Notes under the pieces: generated by a model
What the model was told of the DNA's origin: nothing
The model's input: the letters and a program-made list of their open reading frames with translations, nothing else
Databases searched by the model: none
Position numbers and translations under genes: made by a program
Shown here: piece after piece, positions 8,710 through 16,891 of the stretch
Layout of the letters: every line of letters starts with the position of its first letter
Numbering within the stretch: position 1 is the first letter of the stretch
Source of the DNA: a virus
IMG/VR virus record: IMGVR_UViG_3300033418_000001
Span: 32,001 to 96,000 of that record
Strand: one strand, 5' to 3'
DNA: 64,000 bases

Positions 8710-10547
8710 TGGTTCGCCTCCATGATCAGCCGCAGGTAGCGGTCGCGCCGCTTCTTGTCCTTCATGTGCATGATTGCCCCGATGACGCCCTCGCCCTTGG
8801 TCCTACCGAAGGAAGAGGCGGTCATCACGTCCATCATTACCCGCCGGGGCACCACCAAGCCCATGTACTGATGATTCCATGGGTCGGGCACCGTGTGGTC
8901 CACCATGCGCGAACCCTCACGGTTCCATGCGTGGGCAAGGGGGATGCCATGCTCCGTGACGATGCCCTCCACGTAGTCTACGCGAGGGCTGTCGGGCTTC
9001 AGCATCGACTCCACGATCACGTCCACGCTGTTGTTGTAGCAGCGGTGGGGCGTGCGGATGTCGTCGCTGCCGTTCACCTCCATGGGCTTGCCGTAGCGGT
9101 GCACGAAGTCGAGACGCGGGGCATTGCCGTCCACCGCCTCGATGATCTTGCCGAGCAGGCTCTTCACCGGCTCGTCTTCGCTCACGTTGCCAAGCCGCGA
9201 CACGATGGCCAACGTCGAGATGGCGTTCATGTGCGGCGACATGCCCTCGATGGGCGAACGGTTCTTGTCCTTCAGGTAGGCGAACTCATCGGGGGCGTCC
9301 GCCACAGCGTTTTCACTGGTGGTGAACCTGCCCCTCTCGTCGTGGTTGGGGTTGAACTTCTTCACCTTCACGCGCTTCACCGCCTTGCCCGTGTGCGTGC
9401 GCCACTCGGACAGTGCGCTCACCTGATAGCCCATGGCCTTCTTGCTGCGCGGAGCGAACTCCATCAACTGAATCTCTTCGCGCTTGGTCTGCCCCAGTGC
9501 AATGAGGTTGGAACTGAAGAACAGCGGGTCGAGTTGCTTGGTCACCGCTTCGCGCGCCGCGAGCCACTTCTTCAGGAACTCCTCACGCCGACGCTGTGCT
9601 TCCTCGGGCGTGGCATCCCGCTCCACCACCGCGAGGTTGCGATCCTTCAGCGTGTGCGTGACCTTCATGCCCTCAAGGTTCTTGCGCTCGCTCGCACTGG
9701 TGTTGTTGGTGCGCTTCCACTCCAACATCTCGTTGGTGAAGCCTGCGCCATACAACTCGATGACCTTGCTGTGCAGAGCTTCGTAAGCGCCGAAGGGCAC
9801 ATCCGTTCCCGGGTAGTTGCCCGCTCCGCTGCCGTAGTACAGCGCCATCTTCTCAAGGAAGCCGTCCTTGCGTGCCGTCTCCACCATCTGCTCTGTGGTG
9901 ATGTCCCCCGCCATGTAGTCGCGGGCGAGCAGCATCGCACTGTGGATGTCCTCGGCCACCTTCTTGTCCACGGCGAAGCTGATGGTGTCCGATGTGCCGC
10001 CGCCCAAGCCCACCCCAGAGGTCTGACTTAGCTCGTCGCGGGTCTTGAGGCCATGCTTGGCCACGTCGGTGGCCGCAGTGGTCACGTGGTACAGCTTGGG
10101 CGGCAACGGCTCATACGGACTCGATCCGTTGTTGCCATAGAAGCCGCGCGCCTTGGCCGTCTTCTCGTCAATGTCGCCCAAGGAGAGGGCTTCCGACGTT
10201 TGCCGCGTCCACTCGTTGTTGAGGGCACGCTTCTGCCGCATGGCGGCATCCACCCGATCCTGCAACTCAGGAGGTGCCTTGTCGTGGCTCAGGTACTCAT
10301 CGAGCAGGGCACGGTACTCGGCAGCGTTCTCCCCGGCGAAATCGGCCCGGGTCTGATCGTAGGCATGGGCGAACTGCCCGCCCTTGGGCGAGCCTGCGGG
10401 TTCGTGGTTGGGGTTGAACTTGAGGATTGCAGACATCTGCACACCCTCTTCGTCGTCCACGAAGGTCGCAGGCGTGTCCTGCCACGGCTGCGTCTTGTCG
10501 AAGGAGACCGAAGCGAAGAAGTCGTCCATCAGCGTGTCAGTCGTCAT
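8706..10547 (-). CDS. Two-module tagged polyprotein (ART-like domain + transglutaminase/papain-like domain)
   Basis: Tags ILKFNPNHEPAGSPKGGQFA and VKKFNPNHDERGRFT; LYHVT..GLK...ISFA...SEWR; RCYNNS...YVEG...AHAWN...VDHT; start MTTDTL. Confidence 0.6.
   Translation of the reverse strand: MTTDTLMDDFFASVSFDKTQPWQDTPATFVDDEEGVQMSAILKFNPNHEPAGSPKGGQFAHAYDQTRADFAGENAAEYRALLDEYLSHDKAPPELQDRVDAAMRQKRALNNEWTRQTSEALSLGDIDEKTAKARGFYGNNGSSPYEPLPPKLYHVTTAATDVAKHGLKTRDELSQTSGVGLGGGTSDTISFAVDKKVAEDIHSAMLLARDYMAGDITTEQMVETARKDGFLEKMALYYGSGAGNYPGTDVPFGAYEALHSKVIELYGAGFTNEMLEWKRTNNTSASERKNLEGMKVTHTLKDRNLAVVERDATPEEAQRRREEFLKKWLAAREAVTKQLDPLFFSSNLIALGQTKREEIQLMEFAPRSKKAMGYQVSALSEWRTHTGKAVKRVKVKKFNPNHDERGRFTTSENAVADAPDEFAYLKDKNRSPIEGMSPHMNAISTLAIVSRLGNVSEDEPVKSLLGKIIEAVDGNAPRLDFVHRYGKPMEVNGSDDIRTPHRCYNNSVDVIVESMLKPDSPRVDYVEGIVTEHGIPLAHAWNREGSRMVDHTVPDPWNHQYMGLVVPRRVMMDVMTASSFGRTKGEGVIGAIMHMKDKKRRDRYLRLIMEANQ
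10427..10442. repeat. 16-bp palindrome copy 4 (coding, VQMSA)
   Basis: TTGCAGACATCTGCAC. Confidence 0.95.
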
Positions 10548-13500
10548 GCTTCTTCCTCTTGGTCTTCTCCTTGCCCGCCCACCGCCCCCACACCGTGGGG
10601 TCGATGTAGCTGCCGAGAGCCACCATGCGCGTGTTGCCCAAGTGCTTGGACACCACGTCGCCCACGTGCACCCGGGCCTTGCGGTACTCGGCCTCGGTGG
10701 CAGGCTCGCCAATCTCCTTCAGCACCTTGAGCGCAGTGTACGTGCCATGCCACGTGCGAAAGTCCTTGGCCGAGAACGGTTGGCCCGTCACATCCTTCAG
10801 GTACTTGTTGACGCGCCCCTCGTTGGTGGCGAACAGCCGCTCGTCCTTGGTGGTGTGTCGCTTGCGGTTGCGAATGTACTGCGCGAGCAGCATGTCGTTC
10901 AACTCATGGCTCTGCATCACCGCGTGCTTGCCGGGGAAGTTGAAGGTGAGCTTAGTGCCCGACACCACCACGTGCCGATCCAACAGCGTGGACGCGCCGT
11001 AGGCTTTGCCCTTCTTCGTTTCGAACTCGTTCTCGCCGCCAACGCGGAAGCCCGTCTTCGACATCAGGCGCACTACTGCCGCCGTGTCCCGCTCCGCTTG
11101 CGTCTTCCCACTCAGCATGTCGTCGTGCGAGCGCCGCCGCAGCAACGGCATGGCCCCGTTGAAGTCCTTCAGGCGCGAGAACTTCTCCGCTGCGTTGCTG
11201 CCCATGGCCTCGGCGCTGTAGCGGTACTGCAACTTGCCATTGCGCGCAGTCCACGTGGCCTGCAACGGCTCCGTGGGGTCGGGGTTGAGGTGCACGTTGA
11301 TCGAGGCAGGCGGGATGGCCATGCCCTTGAGGCGTGCAGCTACCGGCTCCGGCACCTCGCTGTGATCGCCACCATAGCGCCACACCTTGTCATCGAAGTA
11401 CATGCCGGTGCCCTGCCGCCATTGAGCGAACTGGCCCCCCTTCGGCGTGCCCGCAGGCTCGCGTGGGTGCTTGCTCTCATCGAACTTGAAGGCACGGTAC
11501 GCATCGCCAATCTCGATGAAGTATTGCAGCGGCATGGTGAAGTCGCACTTCGTGACCTTGCCACGGTTCTCAGCAATGATGCGTCGAGCCACCCGTTCGA
11601 TTTCATAGGCTTGATCCGTTCCCTCTGCTCTGCGTCCGAGCGATTCCAGATGATCGAAGACGGCACGTTCGAACTGCTCCATGCCGACAAGCTGCATCGC
11701 CCGGTTCATCGCTTCCACGGTCGGCAGTTCGTCGTGCCCCTCTTGCTGCTTCGCGTTCTGGGCGGTCGTGAACCTGCCACGTGCGTCATGGAACGGGTTG
11801 AACTTGAGGATGGTCGAGAATTGATGCTTCTGGGTTCGCGCTTGGTCGGAAGTCGTTGCAGATGTCTGCAATCGAATGCGATCCAGATGCTCCTTGAACG
11901 CCCGCCGGATGGCCTCGGGGCTGAACCCGTGCCGGGGGAAGGTGGTCATCGGCACCGATGCCACGCGCTCTGACGTGTGGCTGTCGTCCCGCGCCGGGAA
12001 CGAGTACCACACCGAGGGGAAGTCCTTCTCGTCACCTGCACTGCGCCCCACCACGGGGGAGCCATAGGTGCTGCGGTCGCGGATGGTCTCGTACTCGCCG
12101 AAGTGCTTGCCCAAGGTCACCTTGTACAGCGACACGTGACTGCCGAGCGTGTAGCCGCGCTCCGGCTGTTCGAAGTCGTTCATGTCGTCATAGAAGCCCA
12201 CCACGCCATCGGCATTGCCTGCGTTCACGCCTTGGAGGCTGTTGTGCTTGCCGCTGTCGATGCGATAGACGAGGAACGATTCGCCGGGTTGGGGCACGTT
12301 CCATGAGCCGTCCGCGTTCTGCCGCTCCTCTTTGAAGCCGGGGCCGATGCCCGCCTTGTCCACGATGGGTGCAGGCGGGGGGAAGGCATCGCTGTACGCA
12401 GGGTGGTCCTTGGGCAGGTACCACCGGGGCACCTTCTCCCACTGCGGGTTGCGGTTGCGGTCGCCTTCCTTGGGCGGGCCTTGGAACTCGGCGTACTTGG
12501 GACTGGACCCCTTCATGTACATGAGGTCGTGGCGCGTGGGGTGCGACCACGGGTTGGCCGCGTTGGTGGTCCACCGGCCCCACTCGTCGCGCGGCTGCAT
12601 CTCGTCGTACTTCTTGGCCGTGGGGAAGCGCGTCAGGTACGACGGGTCGCCATAGCCCGGGGACTGCTTGAAGCCGTGCCGCTTGTACCACGCCACCAAC
12701 TGGGCCTTGGTGAGTCCCTTGCCCTTGGCCCCGGCGTCGGGGATGGGCTTGGCGTTCAAGTCGATGGCCACGCCATGCTCGTCCGCCATCTGGGTAATCT
12801 CGCGCATCAACTCGGAGGCTTCGCCCTTGCCCTTGCTGCCGTAGCTGATGATCGAGGACAGGTGCACCTGATCCATGCCCTGCCATGGCGACATGTCGAT
12901 GCCCACGTTGCGACGCAGGCGTTGCCGATCATCGAAGGGGTGCGCTTGCGAGCCTTCGATCCACTCCTGCATGAAGGCAGTGGCCTTCTCGGTGAAGCGC
13001 CCGGTCTTCGGGTCGTGGTTGGGGTTCATCTTGGTGATGGCCGTCACCAAGCCCTCCCCGTACTGGAACATGCGCTTGAAGCCATGGCGACGCTTGCGCT
13101 TCGGGCCTTGGGCAGCAGGCAGGCGTCCGCCACGGTCGAGGTCGGCCTGTGCGAGGTCTTCCTTCTTGGTGCGCGGTTGGCCGCGAGCGAAGGTGTCGTA
13201 CTCGTTGAAGTAGTGGTCGAAGATGCCCTTGATGGACTTGATCGAGGTGCGACCGCTCTCGCGGATTTCCTTCGGCTTGTCGTGGCTGTAGGTGGCCGCG
13301 AAGGCTTCGGCGAACCACTCCCGGTCGTTGACCGCCGCGTAGGTGGAGATAGCGGTCTCGCTGTCCACCTCCTGCCGCAGGCGTTGGGTGAGCAGCTTGC
13401 CATTGCGCTTGGTGCGCTTGCCGAGGTAGTCGAGTTCGCCCTGTTCGAACGCCTGCACGTGGTGGCCGAACTCATGCACGAAGATGCTGCCCACGGTGTC

Positions 13501-14106
13501 GTTGCCGAGGGGGTGGTAGCCCGCCTCCTCCGCTTCCCGCAACTCCATCAGCAGCGATCCGGCCCGGGTCACCGGGGTGGTCAGCAGGTCGTCACGATGG
13601 CGCCCATCGGTGATGAGGTTGCTGCCCATGTCGAAGTAGCGCGGGTTGAAGCGCATGTGCCCGTGTTCCATCGCCGCCCATGCCCCGGCGTGGTTGCCGG
13701 TGGCCGCGAACACACTGTCGGCAGTCTCCTGCATCCCGATGGTGTCGAGCGCCGCGAAGGCGTCGGGATGGCTGTTGGCCATGCGGTCGATCTGCGTGGC
13801 CACTTCGCGCAGGGCGAAGGGGTGCATCCACTCCATGTTGCGGAAGGTGAGATGCGGGTGAGCTTCCTGCAACGCCTTGACGATGGCGTAGGCCGACTTG
13901 CCTTGGTACTTGTCGGCGACGAGGCCGCGCAGGTCTTGCTCGCTCTCGTAGCGGTCCACTGCTTGGCGCAGTTCCGCTTCGGAGACACGCCGGAAGGCGC
14001 GTTCGAACGGGGAGTCTAGGGCAGCACCGCCATGGCCCGCGAAGGTGAAGCGCCCATCCTTCGGATCATGATTCGGGTTGTACTTGAGGACGGACTGCCA
14101 GTCCAT
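10537..14106 (-). CDS. Five-module tagged polyprotein: zincin metallopeptidase, GNAT acetyltransferase, unknown, short helical, DNA topoisomerase IB
   Basis: HEFGH...EWFAEAF; KGKGEASELM...LVAWYKRHGF; GFRVG...FPGK...KDFRTWHGT...LGNT...SYIDP; five tags; probable start MDWQSVLKYNPNH. Confidence 0.8.
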   Translation of the reverse strand: MDWQSVLKYNPNHDPKDGRFTFAGHGGAALDSPFERAFRRVSEAELRQAVDRYESEQDLRGLVADKYQGKSAYAIVKALQEAHPHLTFRNMEWMHPFALREVATQIDRMANSHPDAFAALDTIGMQETADSVFAATGNHAGAWAAMEHGHMRFNPRYFDMGSNLITDGRHRDDLLTTPVTRAGSLLMELREAEEAGYHPLGNDTVGSIFVHEFGHHVQAFEQGELDYLGKRTKRNGKLLTQRLRQEVDSETAISTYAAVNDREWFAEAFAATYSHDKPKEIRESGRTSIKSIKGIFDHYFNEYDTFARGQPRTKKEDLAQADLDRGGRLPAAQGPKRKRRHGFKRMFQYGEGLVTAITKMNPNHDPKTGRFTEKATAFMQEWIEGSQAHPFDDRQRLRRNVGIDMSPWQGMDQVHLSSIISYGSKGKGEASELMREITQMADEHGVAIDLNAKPIPDAGAKGKGLTKAQLVAWYKRHGFKQSPGYGDPSYLTRFPTAKKYDEMQPRDEWGRWTTNAANPWSHPTRHDLMYMKGSSPKYAEFQGPPKEGDRNRNPQWEKVPRWYLPKDHPAYSDAFPPPAPIVDKAGIGPGFKEERQNADGSWNVPQPGESFLVYRIDSGKHNSLQGVNAGNADGVVGFYDDMNDFEQPERGYTLGSHVSLYKVTLGKHFGEYETIRDRSTYGSPVVGRSAGDEKDFPSVWYSFPARDDSHTSERVASVPMTTFPRHGFSPEAIRRAFKEHLDRIRLQTSATTSDQARTQKHQFSTILKFNPFHDARGRFTTAQNAKQQEGHDELPTVEAMNRAMQLVGMEQFERAVFDHLESLGRRAEGTDQAYEIERVARRIIAENRGKVTKCDFTMPLQYFIEIGDAYRAFKFDESKHPREPAGTPKGGQFAQWRQGTGMYFDDKVWRYGGDHSEVPEPVAARLKGMAIPPASINVHLNPDPTEPLQATWTARNGKLQYRYSAEAMGSNAAEKFSRLKDFNGAMPLLRRRSHDDMLSGKTQAERDTAAVVRLMSKTGFRVGGENEFETKKGKAYGASTLLDRHVVVSGTKLTFNFPGKHAVMQSHELNDMLLAQYIRNRKRHTTKDERLFATNEGRVNKYLKDVTGQPFSAKDFRTWHGTYTALKVLKEIGEPATEAEYRKARVHVGDVVSKHLGNTRMVALGSYIDPTVWGRWAGKEKTKRKKHDD
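11856..11871. repeat. 16-bp palindrome copy 5 (coding, LQTSA)
   Basis: TTGCAGATGTCTGCAA. Confidence 0.95.
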
Positions 14107-14284
14107 AGGTCTTCCCACCGGGTTGGGGTTCGTAACGGACCCCATTATCGCCCGCAGCGGGGAACCTGTGATCGAACGAGTTCATCAGGATGGTGAGGGG
14201 GATGCCGTGAGGGAACGCCGCGCAGTTGAAGGTACCCCTTTGCAGATGTCTGCAACCCATGCACATGGGCACGCCACCGATCAT
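14066..14284 (-). CDS. Small Cys/His-rich protein
   Basis: CMGCRH...CAAFPHGIP..ILMNSFDHRFP..GDNGVRYEP, a pattern I associate with phage head-morphogenesis loci. Confidence 0.6.
   Translation of the reverse strand: MIGGVPMCMGCRHLQRGTFNCAAFPHGIPLTILMNSFDHRFPAAGDNGVRYEPQPGGKTYGLAVRPQVQPES
14240..14255. repeat. 16-bp palindrome copy 6 (coding, CRHLQ)
   Basis: TTGCAGATGTCTGCAA. Confidence 0.95.
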
Positions 14285-14871
14285 GACGTGGCCTCTTCCC
14301 ACAGCACCTTCTCCACGTAGCTGAAGCGATGGTTGTGGCCGAGGGAAGATTCGGTCACCGTGCCGCGCTTGATCACATGGCTGTGGCCATCGGCAGCGGA
14401 TGAGGTGCGCCCGCCGAGGAACTGGCCGTTGTCGTCGTAGGAGACGAAGAACTCATGGTCATGGCCATCGTCGGCCTTGGCCACAAGCCCGCTGATCACC
14501 GGGGGTAGTTCCACCGTCATGGTGGCCTTCTCCCGGGTGACGAGGGCTTCCATCGAGTAGCCGTTGATTTCGCCCTTCTTGATCATCGACCACACGCCCT
14601 TATCGGGGATGTGCATCCCCACCACCCATGACCCCTTGATGAAGTCGGGGTCGCCCTTGCGGGCGATGAAGGACTCGATGATGTAGGCGTTGACGAGCTT
14701 GTTGTTGTGCTGAAGGTCGATGCGATCCGTCTTGCGCTCGCGCATGAACTTGTAGGCCATCTGCTCGATGGCCGTCTCGGTCATGATGTCGCCGTCAGCA
14801 TCGGGGATGTTGGGCGCGTAGACCTCGGCCCACACCATCTGTTGGTCTTCCGACGCAAGCTTGAGGTCCAT
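14281..14871 (-). CDS. XkdF-like putative serine prohead protease
   Basis: VWAEVYAPNIPDADGD...IEQMAYKFM...IDLQH...IIESFIA...GSWVVG...WSMIKKGEINGYSME; His-rich C-terminus. Confidence 0.85.
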   Translation of the reverse strand: MDLKLASEDQQMVWAEVYAPNIPDADGDIMTETAIEQMAYKFMRERKTDRIDLQHNNKLVNAYIIESFIARKGDPDFIKGSWVVGMHIPDKGVWSMIKKGEINGYSMEALVTREKATMTVELPPVISGLVAKADDGHDHEFFVSYDDNGQFLGGRTSSAADGHSHVIKRGTVTESSLGHNHRFSYVEKVLWEEATS

Positions 14872-14873
14872 GG

Positions 14874-15578
14874 TCAGTCCCACCAGAGTCGCAGCACGGA
14901 ACCCTTCCACTGGCGCCCCGAGGGGACGAGAGCCTTCGGCCCGCCGCCATGGTACTTGTCCACGTCCTCTTGCGTGAGGAAGCGTTCCCCCGGCTTCACC
15001 ATGTCGATTTCATCGGCGCGCGTGCTGCGCTTGGCGAGCTTGGCGATTTCCTTCAGCGCCCGCTCCGGCCCATGCACGTAGACCACGGGCGACATCTCAC
15101 GCCCCGGGGACACCTTGATTTCGTCGTTCCACTTGGCGAGGAAGTTGGCGACGCGGTTGGTGTTGAAGGCGTTGTACCCGCCCGGGGTCGCCGTGCCCAT
15201 GGTGTTGCGGAAGGCATCGACCGACATCTCCTTCTCGGCCACGAAGCGCAGCTTGTGGGTACGGTACCCGTCGATGATGTCCCGCCGGTCCTTGAACTCG
15301 CGGTACATGCCACGCGGGTCAGTGGCGGGCTTGGGTTGCGCGGCGGCAAGCTGCCCTTCCGTGGACATGCCATTGCGCGGACCCATCTTCGGCGGGGCCG
15401 TGTTGAAGCCGAGGCCATCGTGGGTGTCCCCGGTAGATCGAGCGTGTTCCGCTGCCGGGTTGGCAGCGACCGGGCCTTCGAAGTCGGCAGCAGCGGCAGC
15501 GCCGCCGTTGCTCGTCGTGAAGCGACCATCCGGCCCGTGGTTGTGGTTGTACTTGCGGAGGCGGAAGAAGTAGTTCAT
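14874..15578 (-). CDS. Tagged hypothetical protein (putative internal virion protein)
   Basis: N-terminal LRKYNHNHGPDGRFTT. Confidence 0.7.
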   Translation of the reverse strand: MNYFFRLRKYNHNHGPDGRFTTSNGGAAAAADFEGPVAANPAAEHARSTGDTHDGLGFNTAPPKMGPRNGMSTEGQLAAAQPKPATDPRGMYREFKDRRDIIDGYRTHKLRFVAEKEMSVDAFRNTMGTATPGGYNAFNTNRVANFLAKWNDEIKVSPGREMSPVVYVHGPERALKEIAKLAKRSTRADEIDMVKPGERFLTQEDVDKYHGGGPKALVPSGRQWKGSVLRLWWD

Positions 15579-15590
15579 GGTCGCGCCCCC

Positions 15591-16424
15591 TTACCAACCC
15601 ATGGCGCGAAGCTTCTTCGCGTTCTTCTCCTGCGCGGGCGACATCTGCACCTTCTGCCACTTGTCGCCCATCTTGGCGTGCGTGATGTCGTGGGTGTAGA
15701 CCGAACCCATCTCGGTGTAGGTGCCGTAGACGGTGGCGAGGCGGATGTTGCCCTTCTTGTTGTCCTCCATGCGGGCTTCCCACCCGTTGCGGAGCTTGAT
15801 GCGCGTGCCGCGCTTGATGTCGTTGGCGTAGAGCGCCGCCGGGGCTTGGGTGCCCTGCGCGGTCTGCGTGGACGCGGAGTGGCCCTGCGTGCCCGACGTG
15901 AGGCCCGTGCTGCCCGAGGCGTTGTCGCCGTCCGTGGCCTTGTTCTCGCCCGAGCGCGGGCCACCGGCATCACCGATGGCGCCCACGTCGCCGCCCGAGG
16001 GCGTGCCCTTGTTCTCGCCCGAACGGGTGCCCCCGGCGTCCTGCCCCGTGATGGCGGCTGCGGAGGTCAGGGCGTCGTTCTGTTGGGAGACGGCGGGCGT
16101 GCCCGCGTTCTCGCCGCTGCGCGGGCCGGAGACCGAGCCACCGGGCTTCGGGCCACCTGCCGGGATGGCCTTGTTCTCACCGCTGCGCGTACCGCCTGCG
16201 TCCTGCCCGCTGACCGACGTGGCCGGGGCCGGAGCCATCTTCACCGGGTCGGTGCGCGGGTCGCCGCCACGATTGGCCGAGGTGCCTTGGCTCTCGCCGG
16301 AGCGCGGGCCTTGGACCGGGGGCTGCGCGTTCTTGCCCTCGGTGCCTGCGGGCATACCGGAAGCGAAGCGACCATCCTTGCCATGGTTGGGGTTGTACTT
16401 CAGGACTTGCGCGAACTTGGTCAT
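15591..16424 (-). CDS. Tagged low-complexity repeat protein with small C-terminal beta domain
   Basis: N-terminal VLKYNPNHGKDGRFAS; five G[PT]RSGE[NS] repeats. Confidence 0.7.
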   Translation of the reverse strand: MTKFAQVLKYNPNHGKDGRFASGMPAGTEGKNAQPPVQGPRSGESQGTSANRGGDPRTDPVKMAPAPATSVSGQDAGGTRSGENKAIPAGGPKPGGSVSGPRSGENAGTPAVSQQNDALTSAAAITGQDAGGTRSGENKGTPSGGDVGAIGDAGGPRSGENKATDGDNASGSTGLTSGTQGHSASTQTAQGTQAPAALYANDIKRGTRIKLRNGWEARMEDNKKGNIRLATVYGTYTEMGSVYTHDITHAKMGDKWQKVQMSPAQEKNAKKLRAMGW

Positions 16425-16453
16425 CTTCGTCTCCTCAACTTGGGAACCGCGAG

Positions 16454-16891
16454 TTACTTCAGGGGCTTACCGGCTCGATTCCACCGGTCGTTCAGGTCGT
16501 TCAATTCCTGCTTGTACTTGGCCCCGAGCGCGCGATCCGTCTGCGTCTTCGCCTTCTCGGGGGTCATGTCGATGCGGAACAACTGGTCTTCCAAGGTGCG
16601 CTTGCGATTCTGGTCCGCTTGGTACTCGATCTGAAGCAGCAACGCCTTCTGGGCGTCGTCCTGCTTCTTGGCCTGCGCCACCACCTCACCCTTCACCTGC
16701 TCCACCGCGTCGTTCTTCGCGTACTTGCGGTCGAAGGCTTCGACGGCGCCGAACGCCGAGGTCACCAAGCCCACCGCGATCCCGAAGAACCACACCAACC
16801 CCTTGACGTAGGGGTTGTCCCAGAGCCGTGCAGATGTCTGCAAATCGTCACCCATGGCGGTCATGGTAGCGTGGCCCTTGCCACCGATCAA
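16454..16891 (-). CDS. Membrane protein with coiled coil (holin/antiholin-like?)
   Basis: One hydrophobic helix GLVWFFGIAVGLVTSAFGAV then coiled coil; start uncertain. Confidence 0.45.
   Translation of the reverse strand: MIGGKGHATMTAMGDDLQTSARLWDNPYVKGLVWFFGIAVGLVTSAFGAVEAFDRKYAKNDAVEQVKGEVVAQAKKQDDAQKALLLQIEYQADQNRKRTLEDQLFRIDMTPEKAKTQTDRALGAKYKQELNDLNDRWNRAGKPLK
16828..16843. repeat. 16-bp palindrome copy 7 (coding, LQTSA)
   Basis: GTGCAGATGTCTGCAA. Confidence 0.95.
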
